Notes: generated by a model not told the origin, from the sequence alone. DNA of 64,000 bases from Chthonomonadales bacterium (GCA_020849275.1 JADLGO010000052.1:52039-116038), one strand, 5' to 3'; shown: positions 55,331-64,000, numbered from the stretch's first letter. A program made the numbers and translations.

Positions 55331-57379
55331 TCAGGCCGCTGCGCGGAGTTGGCCGTCGGCGCCGGAGCGCAACCCCTCCCACTCGGCAAGCGGCACGCGG
55401 ACGAAAGCCTCCACCACGTTGGGGTCGAACTGGCTGCCGGCCTGCCGGACGATTTCCTCCTGCGCCAGCGCGAGCGTGCGGGCAGGGCGGCCGGGCCGCG
55501 ACACGGTCATCGAGTCGACGGCGTCGCATACGGCGAAGACGCGGGCCGCCCAGGGGATCTGGTCGCCTGCGAGGCCGTCGGGGTAGCCGCGGCCGTCCCA
55601 ACGCTCGTGGTGGGAGCGGACGACGCGCGTGGCCGGCGCCAGCAGCGGCAGGTGCGAGATCAGCTCCGCTCCGGTGATCGGGTGCATGCGCACGACCTCC
55701 CACTCGTCGCTGCTCAGGCTCCCCGGCTTGCGCAGGATGGCGTCGGGCACATGGATCTTGCCGATGTCATGCAGCAGCGAGCCGAGCGCCAGCTCCCGCA
55801 TGTCGCCCGGCGTGATGGGTGCCGATGGCCTCCACGGCGCGCCGGCCCCTTCGAGCTCCCGCGCCAGGCGCAGGGCGAAGCGGGCGACGCGCACCGAGTG
55901 CCCGGCGGCTTCGCAGTCACGCCAGTCCAGGGCGGCGAGCAGGGCGTTGAGGACCGCTCCCGCCGGTTCCTGAACGAGCCCCTCGATTCCGCCGTAGGGG
56001 TCCGGCATCGGCGCGGACGTGTGCGGCGAGCGGGTCGGGCGCTCCCGCATGCGGCGAAGCCAGATCCGCGCGTGATGGGGGAGCTTGCGGCGGGCGCCCT
56101 GGCCCGTGTCGATGTGGGCGGCCACGCACACGTTGTTGCGGCCGGTCCGCTTCGCCGTGTACAGGGCGCCGTCGGCTGCGCGCACGAGGTCCTCGGCATC
56201 GCGGGCATGGACGTGCAGCGCGGCGACGCCGACGCTCGCCGTGAGGCGGGCGCCGTCGAACTCGTACGCTTCGATGGCCGCACGGATGCGTTCGGCGGCC
56301 TGCTCGGCGGCTACCTGGTCGGTATGGGGCAGGACGACCGCGAACTCCTCGCCACCATAGCGGGCGGCAAGGTCGCCTGTGCGGGTGCACTGCGTCAGGA
56401 TGGCGCCGACCGCGCGCAGGGCATCGTCCCCGGCGGGATGGCCGTAGTGATCGTTGTAGAGCTTGAAGAAGTCCAGGTCGAGCAGCAATAACGAGAGGGG
56501 CTGCTGGTGTCGGAGGGCCTGAGCGGCGTAGGCGCGCAGGTGCTCCTGAAACGCACGGTGGTTGGCCAGCGCGGTCACGGCGTCGGTGGTGGCCTGCTCC
56601 TGCAGGAGGTGGTTGGCTTCCGCGAGCTTGTGGTAGCTGGCCTCCACCGTCATTTGCATGGACACGAGTTCGGTGTTCAGCGCCCCGAGGCGCTCAGCCT
56701 GGCGGTGGGCCTCCTCGGTCTTTCGCTCGAGTGCGGCGTGCGAGCCCTGAAGCGCGGCGTAGAGGCGCTCGACCTCGGCCGTGCGCTCGGCCTCGCGTGC
56801 CAGGGCGCGCTCAAGCTCGCGCGCGCCCAGGCACGCGAGCGCCGTCGCGCCAGCCACGGCCAGCACGGAGGAGGCGCTCCCCAACGCGCCGCCGAATGTC
56901 TGCGACGGGGCCACCCAAACCCAGTGCACCGAGGCGGTCGCGAGGGCGCCGGCGGCGACAGCGAGAGTGTGGCGGCGGCTGAGGAGGAGCGACGCCAGGA
57001 CCACGGGCAACGCGAAGAGCACATAGAGCATGTGGGGTGCGAGCGGCGGGAGCCACGTTCCCAGCGCCAGCAGCAGCGTCGGCACCGCCATCAGGGAGCC
57101 GATATAGAGAGCGCTGGCCAGCTTGACGTGGTCGGCGCGCGACACGAGGGCACTCGCCGTCACGAGCGCCAGGCAGAGCGTCCCCGCCGCGGCAAGCGGC
57201 CATCCCATCGCGACACCGAGGGCACCGATGCCGACGGCGAGCGGGGCGGTGACGTCGAGTAGGAGACCGAGCAGCGCGGCGCGGCGCGCGCGCTCGCGCG
57301 CTGCGAGAGCGGACCGGCCAGTGGCCGGCGCCTCGCCAAGATCCTGACTCGTCGTCGCCTGGTGGATGGCACTGCGCAT
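55331..57379 (-). CDS. membrane-bound GGDEF diguanylate cyclase fused to an HD-GYP phosphodiesterase domain
   Basis: About 6 N-terminal TM helices and a coiled coil. GGDEF domain has an intact RYGGEEF. HD-GYP has HSVRVA, LHDIGK and HHERWDGRGYPDG. Confidence 0.85.
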   Translation of the reverse strand: MRSAIHQATTSQDLGEAPATGRSALAARERARRAALLGLLLDVTAPLAVGIGALGVAMGWPLAAAGTLCLALVTASALVSRADHVKLASALYIGSLMAVPTLLLALGTWLPPLAPHMLYVLFALPVVLASLLLSRRHTLAVAAGALATASVHWVWVAPSQTFGGALGSASSVLAVAGATALACLGARELERALAREAERTAEVERLYAALQGSHAALERKTEEAHRQAERLGALNTELVSMQMTVEASYHKLAEANHLLQEQATTDAVTALANHRAFQEHLRAYAAQALRHQQPLSLLLLDLDFFKLYNDHYGHPAGDDALRAVGAILTQCTRTGDLAARYGGEEFAVVLPHTDQVAAEQAAERIRAAIEAYEFDGARLTASVGVAALHVHARDAEDLVRAADGALYTAKRTGRNNVCVAAHIDTGQGARRKLPHHARIWLRRMRERPTRSPHTSAPMPDPYGGIEGLVQEPAGAVLNALLAALDWRDCEAAGHSVRVARFALRLARELEGAGAPWRPSAPITPGDMRELALGSLLHDIGKIHVPDAILRKPGSLSSDEWEVVRMHPITGAELISHLPLLAPATRVVRSHHERWDGRGYPDGLAGDQIPWAARVFAVCDAVDSMTVSRPGRPARTLALAQEEIVRQAGSQFDPNVVEAFVRVPLAEWEGLRSGADGQLRAAA

Positions 57380-57586
57380 CGCGCCTCTCCCGGAGGCCGG
57401 GACTGTGCTTGGTTACCCGCTACGCGCTTGTTCCACAGGCGCGCGCGAGCCAGCGATCTATGTGGGCCTCCCGCGCGGGATCGGCGTCCGGCATCGCTAT
57501 CGGCGGCCCGAGCGGCGAGGTGCGCGGACACGGAGCGGCGAAATGACCGCCATGCCACCAACGACGACCGCGCGCCGCATCTTGCG

Positions 57587-59599
57587 ATGAGCGCGCCCGA
57601 CGAGCGCACGACGCCGATCGCCGCCCGGCCGGACGAAGGCGCGGGCGCCCGGCGCTCCGCGCTCACCCCGGCCGCGCTCCTCGTCGGCCTCGCGTGCGTC
57701 GCGCTCACCTGCGTCGTGGTGTGCTTCGCCGAGTTGGTCGTCGCCAAGATCCAGATCGGCTTCCTTCAGCTACCGCCCGTCGTGGTGGGGATTCTGGTCC
57801 TGCTGCTTGCCGGCCAGGTGGGGCTTAAGCGCCTGTCGCCGCGCCTGCGCCTTCAGCCGCACGAGCTGGCCACCGTCTACATGATGATGCTTCTGGCGGC
57901 GATGGTCTCGTCCCGCGGGCTTCTGCAGAAGCTGATCCCGCTGCTCGTGGTCCCCGACTACGATGCGACGCCGGCGAACGGGTGGCAGCGACTCTTCTTC
58001 CCGTACATTAAGCGGTTCGCCGTGCCATTCGACCCGTCCGGCGGCCCCAAGCAGCCCGTGGCCGCGCGCTTCTTCGATGGGCTTCGGCCAGGCGAGCAGC
58101 TTCCCTGGGCCGCCTGGGCCGGCCCGCTCGCCGCCTGGGGCGCCCTCGTCGCGATGATCTTCGCCGCCTACTTGTGCCTCGCCGTGCTGCTCCGGCGCCA
58201 GTGGGTCGACAACGAGAAGCTCGCGTTCCCGCTCGTGCAGCTTCCACTGGAGATGGTGCGCTCGGCGGCCCCGGGCGAGAGCTTCATGCGCAACCGCGCG
58301 ACATGGCTTGGTTTCGCCATCCCTGCGATGGTGTTCGGGTTCAACGGGCTGCACCAATGGTATCCCAGCGTTCCAGAGTTCACGACGGACGTCGACCTCA
58401 ACCGCTATCTGGTTGCCCCGCCGTGGAACGCGCTCCTGTTCTTACACATCTACGTCTCGTTCGCGGCGATCGGGTTTTTCTATCTGCTGCCCACCGACCT
58501 GCTCTTCTCGCTCTGGCTCTTCTTCCTGCTGACGCGCGCGGCGGACGTGCTCTCAGCCATCTACGGCTACCAGCCCGAGGTCATGCCGATGTACGGGTGT
58601 CGGATGTTCATCGGCTACCAGATCATCGGCTGCTATCTCGTGCTCGTCGGGTACATGCTCTGGTCGGCGCGGCCGCACCTTGCGCGGGTGTGGCGCGCGG
58701 CCGTGGGACGGGGGGACGGCTCGGATTCACGGGAGCTGCTTTCCTATCGTACCGCCCTCTGGGGGCTGGTGCTCTGCCTGTTGGGCTCATCGCTGTGGCT
58801 CGTGATGATCGGAATGGCCTTCTGGCTCGCCCTCTTCGAGCTCTCCGTGCTCCTGTTCGTCGTCGCGCTCGTGATGGCTCGAAGCACCAGCGAATCGGGA
58901 ATGCTGATGACGGAGACCTCCTTCCGACCGATCGACATCTACCGGATGATCGGTGACGTACGGTTGCTGGGCGGCGCCAACGTGACGGCGCTGGCGTTCC
59001 TTGACGCTCTATGGATGCGCGACCAGCGCGGACTGGTGCTCACCGGGTTCCTGGACTCGATGCGGCTAGCGGACGGCGTGCGAGTACGGCGGCGGTCGCT
59101 GATCGGCGTCTTCGCGCTCGCGCTGGTGGCCGCGGTGGGGATCGGTGGCTACCTCCACGTGTTGCTGCCCTACCGGCTTGGGGCGGTGCAGATGTACAGC
59201 TACGTCTATCGCGGGAATCCCGTCTGGTCGTTCACGGACGCGGCAACGGTGCTCACCGGCGCGCGGCCGCCACTTCCCTGGATCGCCACGCTTAACTTCC
59301 TGATCGGCATCGGTGTCACCATCGCCATCGCCGCGCTCCGCGCCCGGCTGCTCTGGTTCCCGCTGCATCCGCTCGGGTACGCGCTCTGCGGCTCATGGAC
59401 GATGATGGTGTTCTGGTTCCCCTGCCTTGTCGCCTGGCTGCTCAAGATCGTGATGCTGCGCTACGGCGGCATGCGCCTCTATGCCCGCGCCCGCCCGCTC
59501 TTCCTTGGCATGGTGCTCGGCGAGTTCACGATGGCCGTCCTCTGGACGGTGCCCTCTCTCTTCTGGCGCACCCCGACGCCGGCCTTCCCCTGGCCGTGA
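57587..59599 (+). CDS. large polytopic membrane protein of unknown function (~670 aa, >=14 TM)
   Basis: Continuous hydrophobic helices, G/C-rich third positions. Start trimmed to the ATG at 57587. No motif I can assign. Confidence 0.6.
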   Translation: MSAPDERTTPIAARPDEGAGARRSALTPAALLVGLACVALTCVVVCFAELVVAKIQIGFLQLPPVVVGILVLLLAGQVGLKRLSPRLRLQPHELATVYMMMLLAAMVSSRGLLQKLIPLLVVPDYDATPANGWQRLFFPYIKRFAVPFDPSGGPKQPVAARFFDGLRPGEQLPWAAWAGPLAAWGALVAMIFAAYLCLAVLLRRQWVDNEKLAFPLVQLPLEMVRSAAPGESFMRNRATWLGFAIPAMVFGFNGLHQWYPSVPEFTTDVDLNRYLVAPPWNALLFLHIYVSFAAIGFFYLLPTDLLFSLWLFFLLTRAADVLSAIYGYQPEVMPMYGCRMFIGYQIIGCYLVLVGYMLWSARPHLARVWRAAVGRGDGSDSRELLSYRTALWGLVLCLLGSSLWLVMIGMAFWLALFELSVLLFVVALVMARSTSESGMLMTETSFRPIDIYRMIGDVRLLGGANVTALAFLDALWMRDQRGLVLTGFLDSMRLADGVRVRRRSLIGVFALALVAAVGIGGYLHVLLPYRLGAVQMYSYVYRGNPVWSFTDAATVLTGARPPLPWIATLNFLIGIGVTIAIAALRARLLWFPLHPLGYALCGSWTMMVFWFPCLVAWLLKIVMLRYGGMRLYARARPLFLGMVLGEFTMAVLWTVPSLFWRTPTPAFPWP

Positions 59600-59611
59600 G
59601 CCATGAACGCT

Positions 59612-60871
59612 CTACGCCGCCGCCGCGGACGGCGGGGCCAGGAGCAGCTCCGCCAGGCGTCGCGGGTCAGCAACCTCGATGTCCTCCGGCACCTTCTGCC
59701 CCGTGGTGAGGTAGCTGATCAGCAGCGCGCTCTCGACGGCGAGCGTGTAGATGGTTCCGTAGCTGCTGGCCTCGTCCAGCTTCGTCCACAGAAGGCGGCT
59801 CACGCCGACCTCGCGGAACCGCGCGATCTGCTCGCGCAGGTCGCGGGGGCGCGTGGATGCCGCGAGCGCAAGGTGCGTCTCGCAGCCGAGCGCCTCGACA
59901 AGCGCCTTGAGCTCCACCACCTGCGTCGAGTTGCGCTGGCTCCGGCCGGCCGTGTCGACGAGCACCAGGTCGTGGTCCGCCAGGTCGGCGACGGCCCTCC
60001 GAGCCTCCTCGAGGGAGTGCGCCACGCGGACGGGCACGCCCATGATCTGGCCGTAGGTCCGGAGTTGCTCGACGGCGGCGATGCGGTAGGTATCGACGGT
60101 GAGCAATGCGACCTTGCGCCGCTCGACCAGGGCGTAGCGCGCGGCCACCTTGGCGAGGGTGGTGGTCTTGCCCACGCCCGTGGGCCCGACGAGGGCGACG
60201 ACCCTGGAGACGCCGGGCGTCACCTCGATGGGCCCGCTCACGGCGACCCGCGCCGAGAGGAGGTCGCGCAGGGCGGCCTCGGCCATCGCAGCGCGCGCCG
60301 GAGGGTTCCAGGCGCTCAGGTCCGGGAGGGAGCCGACGATCTCACGCGCCGCGGGCTCGTCTACGTCGGCCTCCACGAGGCGGGCTACCAGCTCCGGCCA
60401 GGCCGGCGCGTCTGGCGCGCCGATGGCGGCCGACTGGATGCGGGCGATGCCCGCCTTCAGCTCGGCCACCTCGCGATGGAGCAGGGCGAGGCGGTCGCCA
60501 TCGCGCGCCGCCGGTTCCGGCCGGAGGGCATCGGTGCGGACCGGCGGCTCGGCGGGCCGCTGGCCGGCCGCACGGCTCGCGATCGCCTCGGCGGCGGCCT
60601 GCAGCACGAGTGCGCGCGCGCTCGGGTCGTCGGGCACGGCCGCCGCCCGGGGCGCGGCCATCGGTCGGGGAGGGCTGCTCGCGCGCGGCGGCTCGTCGAC
60701 GGTGACGCCGGTGGCGGCCACGATGCGCACCACGTCACGGGAGCCCACCCCCAGCACCCCGCCCGCGCGCAGCGACTTCGTCTCAAGGATCACGGCGTCG
60801 AGGCCCATCTCGTCGCGCACCTGCCGGAGGCACTCCCTGAGCGTCAGCGCCTGGAACTCCTTGATCCTCAT
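59612..60871 (-). CDS. flhF: flagellar biosynthesis SRP-type GTPase FlhF
   Basis: N-terminal B-domain MRIKEF...LRQVRDEMG. G domain has LVGPTGVGKTTT, LLTVDTYRIAAVEQL, LVDTAGRS and TKLDE. The ATG overlaps the flhA stop. Confidence 0.88.
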   Translation of the reverse strand: MRIKEFQALTLRECLRQVRDEMGLDAVILETKSLRAGGVLGVGSRDVVRIVAATGVTVDEPPRASSPPRPMAAPRAAAVPDDPSARALVLQAAAEAIASRAAGQRPAEPPVRTDALRPEPAARDGDRLALLHREVAELKAGIARIQSAAIGAPDAPAWPELVARLVEADVDEPAAREIVGSLPDLSAWNPPARAAMAEAALRDLLSARVAVSGPIEVTPGVSRVVALVGPTGVGKTTTLAKVAARYALVERRKVALLTVDTYRIAAVEQLRTYGQIMGVPVRVAHSLEEARRAVADLADHDLVLVDTAGRSQRNSTQVVELKALVEALGCETHLALAASTRPRDLREQIARFREVGVSRLLWTKLDEASSYGTIYTLAVESALLISYLTTGQKVPEDIEVADPRRLAELLLAPPSAAAA

Positions 60872-62970
60872 GCAGCTACCTCCGCCCGGTCGGCCGTCCC
60901 GATCTCCACGGTACCGATGCCGCGGATGTCGGTGTTGGCCACGATCTCGCTGTAGGCCAGCACGGCAAGCGATGGCACGCTCCGCTCCGTGAGCCGGCGC
61001 ATCGCCAGGCGCACCTGCGAGGAGCAGAGCAGCACCGGCCCGTACCCCTGCTCGGAAGCGCGTTCAGCCTGGGCGCTGGCGCCGGAGACGACCGCGCTGG
61101 CGAGGCGCGGCTCGAGCGCCAGCGACAGGCCGCCCGCGGTCATCTGCACGCCCTCGCGGATCGTCTGCTCCAGCGAGGGCGCGAGCGTGAAGACGTGCAG
61201 CACGCCCTCATCGTCGCAGTGCTGCTTGCATATCTGGCGTGCCAGGCCGGCGCGCGCGTACTCGGTGAGTTGGTCGGCGTCCTTCGTCCGCGGCGCCCAA
61301 TCGGCCAGCGTCTCCAGGATGGTGCCCAGGTCTCGGATCGATACTCGTTCGCGCAGCAGGTTCTGCAGCACCTTCTGCACCTCTCCCAGGCTCATCAAGT
61401 TGGGCAGGAGCTCGTCCACGACCGCGCGGTTGTGCTCCTTGAGGTTGTCGATGAGCGCCTGCGCCTCCTGGCGGGTAAGAAGCTCGTGGGCGTGCTGCTT
61501 GATGATCTCCGTGAGGTGCGTGATGATCACCGAGCTCGGATCCGTCACGATGTAGCCGGCCATCGCGGCCTCGTCGCGATGCGCCCGGGTGATCCAGACG
61601 GCGGGCCCGCCGAAGGCCGGCTCGGTCGTGCGGATGCCCTCGATGACGCGCAGTGCGCCGCCCGGGTCGATGGCGAGCGACAGATTGGCCATCGCCTCGG
61701 ACTGCGCGACGACCTGGTCGCGAATCTTGATCACGTAGCGGTTGGCGGGGAGCTGAAGGTCGTCGCGGATCCGCACCATGGGCAGCACGATCCCCAGCTC
61801 GAGCGCGATCTTTCGGCGCGCCTGCCCCACGCGCGCGGCGAGGTCGCCTCCCTCGCCGGCCAGCGCCAGGGGCACCAGGTTGCTCCCGAGCTCCAGCAGG
61901 AGCGTGTCGACGCTCAGCAGTTGCATCGGCTCTTCGGAAGCACGCTCCGCGGCCGAGGCCGTCGCCCGCTGTTTGGCATCCTCCGCGCGCTCCTCGCGCT
62001 TCTGATCGCGCAGGAGCAGCCAGGCCGCCATGGCGACGGTGCCCCCGACCACCAACAGGGGAACCTTCGGGAAACCGGGTACGAGCAGCAGGCCGAGCAG
62101 CAGCGCGCTCGCCAGCAGGAGTGGACGCGGCTGTCGGAGGATCTGCGCGGCGAAGTCCTGGCCCATGTTGGAGTCGGTGGCCGCGCGGGTGACCATCAGG
62201 CCGGTGGCGGTCGAGATGAGCAACGCGGGGATCTGGCTCACGAGACCCTCGCCGACCGTGAGCAGGGTGTAGGTCTGCAGGATCGTCAGGGCGTCGCTCT
62301 CACCCTTGATCATCCCCATCACGAACCCGCCCACGATGTTGATGATGATGATCAGCACCGCGGCGATCGCGTCGCCCCGCACGAACTTGCTGGCTCCGTC
62401 CATCGCGCCGTAGAAGTCGGCCTCGGCTTCGATCTGTTTGCGCCGTGCGCGCGCCTCTTGCTCCGTGAGCAGGCCGGCGTTCAGGTCGGCGTCGATCGAC
62501 ATCTGCTTACCGGGCATGGCGTCCAGGGTGAACCGCGCCGCCACCTCGGCCACGCGGCCAGCGCCGTTGGTGATCACGACGAACTGGATGACGACCAGGA
62601 TCAGGAACGAGATGACCCCGACGACGAAGTTGCCCCCGAGCACCACCTGCCCGAACGCCTTGATCACCTGTCCGGGCTCGCCGGTCGCGAGGATCAGCTT
62701 CGTGGCGGCGATATTGAGCGCGAGGCGGTAGAGCGTGGTGATGAGGAGCAGGGCGGGAAAGATGCTGAACTGCAGCGGCTCCGTGTTGTATAGCGTGACA
62801 AGGACGATCACCACGGCCGCCGTGAGGTTGGCGGCGATGCAGAAGTCGAGCAGCCAGTCCGGAAGAGGGACAATCAGCATGCCGACGATCACGATGACGG
62901 CAAGCGCCATCGCGATATCGCTGTAGCGCGCGATCCGTCCCAGAGGGGTGGCCGGAGCGGGGACGGCCAT
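60868..62970 (-). CDS. flhA: flagellar type III export apparatus protein FlhA
   Basis: FSIFPALLLITTLYRLALNIAATKLIL, FVVITNGAGRVAEVAARFTLDAMPGKQMSIDADLNAG and GAMDGASKFVRGDAIA, plus the C-terminal cytoplasmic domain. Start moved to ATG 62970 after GAGGAGAG. Confidence 0.92.
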   Translation of the reverse strand: MAVPAPATPLGRIARYSDIAMALAVIVIVGMLIVPLPDWLLDFCIAANLTAAVVIVLVTLYNTEPLQFSIFPALLLITTLYRLALNIAATKLILATGEPGQVIKAFGQVVLGGNFVVGVISFLILVVIQFVVITNGAGRVAEVAARFTLDAMPGKQMSIDADLNAGLLTEQEARARRKQIEAEADFYGAMDGASKFVRGDAIAAVLIIIINIVGGFVMGMIKGESDALTILQTYTLLTVGEGLVSQIPALLISTATGLMVTRAATDSNMGQDFAAQILRQPRPLLLASALLLGLLLVPGFPKVPLLVVGGTVAMAAWLLLRDQKREERAEDAKQRATASAAERASEEPMQLLSVDTLLLELGSNLVPLALAGEGGDLAARVGQARRKIALELGIVLPMVRIRDDLQLPANRYVIKIRDQVVAQSEAMANLSLAIDPGGALRVIEGIRTTEPAFGGPAVWITRAHRDEAAMAGYIVTDPSSVIITHLTEIIKQHAHELLTRQEAQALIDNLKEHNRAVVDELLPNLMSLGEVQKVLQNLLRERVSIRDLGTILETLADWAPRTKDADQLTEYARAGLARQICKQHCDDEGVLHVFTLAPSLEQTIREGVQMTAGGLSLALEPRLASAVVSGASAQAERASEQGYGPVLLCSSQVRLAMRRLTERSVPSLAVLAYSEIVANTDIRGIGTVEIGTADRAEVAA

Positions 62971-63107
62971 GTGGTTGCTCTCCTCGAGTGAACCAATCGA
63001 TGCGCCCGACCGCACACCGAACTCACGCATCGGCGGAGTCGGTTGCGCGCGCGGGCATCGCCGCGTGTCGCCGGGTGGCTCCCGGTCTTCGGCGCCTTGT
63101 GCTCGTT

Positions 63108-63136
63108 ATATCGGCCGGCCATCCCGGTAGCTTTAG
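63108..63136 (-). promoter_or_regulatory. sigma28 (FliA)-like promoter CTAAAG-N15-GCCGATAT upstream of flhA
   Basis: The minus strand reads cccCTAAAGctaccgggatggccgGCCGATATaac. The -10 matches GCCGATAA at 7 of 8 positions. The TAAA-to-GCCGATAT spacing is 16 nt against the canonical 15. Lies about 140 nt upstream of the flhA ATG. Confidence 0.35.
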
Positions 63137-63186
63137 GGGGAGCCCGACGATCGTCGACCCATCGGACGAAAAGATCGCACGGCCTC

Positions 63187-63215
63187 TTGACAACATATGA
63201 ATATACCTATATAAT
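63187..63215 (+). promoter_or_regulatory. perfect consensus sigma70 promoter TTGACA-17-TATAAT of the arsR-family gene
   Basis: ctcTTGACAacatatgaatatacctaTATAATgag. Confidence 0.6.
63203..63213. promoter_or_regulatory. AT-rich box ATACCTATATA overlapping the arsR -10 (candidate ArsR operator, copy 1)
   Basis: An exact reverse-complement copy occurs at 63623..63633. It is embedded in the imperfect dyad ATATGAATATACCTATAT. Confidence 0.35.
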
Positions 63216-63239
63216 GAGACACGCTCAGCGAGGTGGGGA

Positions 63240-63563
63240 ATGCCAACCGGAACGACAGATGAACTGATCGACATGCGGACGCTCGAGGAAGTGGCGCCGG
63301 TCATCCGCAACGCCGCCCATCCGCTCCGCCTTCGGATTCTGGACTTCCTGCGCCTGGAGGGCGGCCCGCGAACGGTGACCGAGATCACCGAGGCCGGAGG
63401 GGCCAGTCAGGCGGTGATCAGCCAGCAACTCCGGATCCTGAAGGATCAGGGGATCGTGACGGCCAGACGGGAGGGGAACCACGTGCTCTACGACGTGGCC
63501 AACCGCAACGTGCTGCTGCTATTGGAGTGCATTCGGCGCCACAAGGAGGGCGGCTGCGTCTGA
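63240..63563 (+). CDS. ArsR/SmtB-family metalloregulatory transcriptional repressor
   Basis: HPLRLRILDFL..GPRTVTEITEAGGASQAVISQQLRILKDQGIV winged-HTH core. The C-terminal ECIRRHKEGGC supplies candidate metal ligands. Confidence 0.85.
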   Translation: MPTGTTDELIDMRTLEEVAPVIRNAAHPLRLRILDFLRLEGGPRTVTEITEAGGASQAVISQQLRILKDQGIVTARREGNHVLYDVANRNVLLLLECIRRHKEGGCV

Positions 63564-63622
63564 TGGCGCCGCGCGCGGGCGTGGACCGCACCCCGTCCAC
63601 GCGATCGATATATGGTTATCTA

Positions 63623-63633
63623 TATATAGGTAT
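63623..63633. promoter_or_regulatory. AT-rich box TATATAGGTAT (inverted copy 2) in the promoter region of the downstream efflux gene
   Basis: Lies in the only AT-rich stretch (63605..63640) between arsR and the adaptor gene. Confidence 0.35.
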
Positions 63634-63691
63634 GCTAAGGAATGCTGGGTGGCGCTCGGCCGCGTGCGGGGCGCTCCAACGGAGGACGGCG

Positions 63692-64000
63692 ATGAGGGGA
63701 CGCTGGTGGGCGGGGGCAGGCGCGGGGTTGGCGCTCGTGGCGGGCGGGTACTGGCTGGCCGGCGGCCCCGCCGCGCCTCCCACGGCATCGGCCGGGGCCC
63801 AGGCTCGCTCGGAGCCCACGGCGGTGCGCGCCTCGAGCGTGGCGGAGGTCGTGGCGCCCGCGTGGCTGGAGGTGAGCGGCACCGTGCGCCCCCAACTGGA
63901 AGCGGCGCTGTCGAGCAAGGTGATGGGCCGCGTCGTGAGCGTTGCCGCGCGCGAGGGCGAGCGCGTGCGTCGTGGGCAGGTTCTGGTTCGCCTGGAGACG
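63692..64000 (+). CDS. efflux RND transporter periplasmic adaptor (membrane fusion protein), N-terminal fragment running off the window
   Basis: Not in the track because it has no stop in the window. My translation is MRGRWWAGAGAGLALVAGGYWLAG...VAPAWLEVSGTVRPQLEAALSSKVMGRVVSVAAREGERVRRGQVLVRLE, the typical MFP lipoyl-hairpin start. GGAGGA lies upstream of the ATG. Confidence 0.7.
   Translation, partial: MRGRWWAGAGAGLALVAGGYWLAGGPAAPPTASAGAQARSEPTAVRASSVAEVVAPAWLEVSGTVRPQLEAALSSKVMGRVVSVAAREGERVRRGQVLVRLET

Noticed and set aside
53117-56491. Plus-strand ORFs 53117..54925 (602 aa) and 55349..56491 (380 aa), and minus-strand 54687..55703
   Set aside because: Antisense or out of frame relative to the propeller protein and the GGDEF/HD-GYP gene.
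59603-62793. Plus-strand ORFs 59603..60955 (450 aa) and 61195..62793 (532 aa)
   Set aside because: Antisense to flhF and flhA, both of which carry unmistakable family motifs.
63095-63125. Sigma54-like TGGCCGGCCGATATAA upstream of flhA
   Set aside because: The -12 position reads TATA, not TTGC. The same bases fit the sigma28 -10 element better.
1-64000. CRISPR arrays, rRNA or tRNA genes, IS elements, integrases, prophage or defence-island signatures
   Set aside because: No regularly spaced direct repeats, no transposase, recombinase or Cas-like ORFs, and no terminal inverted repeats flanking the HNH locus were seen on either strand.

Overview
Very GC-rich bacterial chromosomal window. Third codon positions are almost all G/C, so most long ORFs lying antisense to recognisable genes in the track are shadow artefacts. 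The track also translates TTG/GTG starts as M, for example TTG at 10869 and GTG at 41725, so I re-trimmed many starts.

Gene content in order:
(1) Minus-strand bidirectional NAD(P)-linked [NiFe]-hydrogenase operon hoxE-F-U-Y-H-hoxW, continuing into hypA-hypB-maeB-hypF. hypF runs off the left edge.
(2) A regulatory block on the minus strand: soluble 3xGAF-PAS histidine kinase, a sigma54 activator with no DNA-binding domain, a REC-PilZN-PilZ protein and a zinc-ribbon membrane protein. A divergent ~860-aa TPR protein lies beside it.
(3) recR, gmhB-gmhA and a GH4 glycosidase.
(4) A ~16-kb plus-strand exopolysaccharide operon. It encodes a Wzz-type co-polymerase, BY-kinase, five glycosyltransferases (one fused to two STAS domains), an unannotated 44-aa membrane ORF, an acetyltransferase, a GH44-like glucanase, a Wzy/O-antigen-ligase-like protein, an EpsD-like PPIase and an exosortase-EpsI fusion. 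A convergent Wza-like exporter follows.
(5) Housekeeping and miscellaneous genes: a DnaA-domain-I-like protein, folC, an oxidoreductase and a thioredoxin-like protein.
(6) A small PLMP+HNH (IshB-like) nuclease gene preceded by a promoter-to-terminator ~250-nt non-coding RNA candidate.
(7) An ABC-2 transporter operon, a long Bacillus-type SRP RNA, dnaX-ybaB, a secreted propeller protein, a GGDEF/HD-GYP protein, a large polytopic membrane protein, flhA-flhF, and arsR plus the start of an RND adaptor gene.

Three sigma54-type promoters (two perfect TGGCACG-N4-TTGCA) and several near-consensus sigma70 promoters stand out as AT-rich islands.

I saw no rRNA, tRNA, CRISPR array, transposase or integrase. 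All calls rest on motif recognition by eye and memory. No database search or RNA folding was run.
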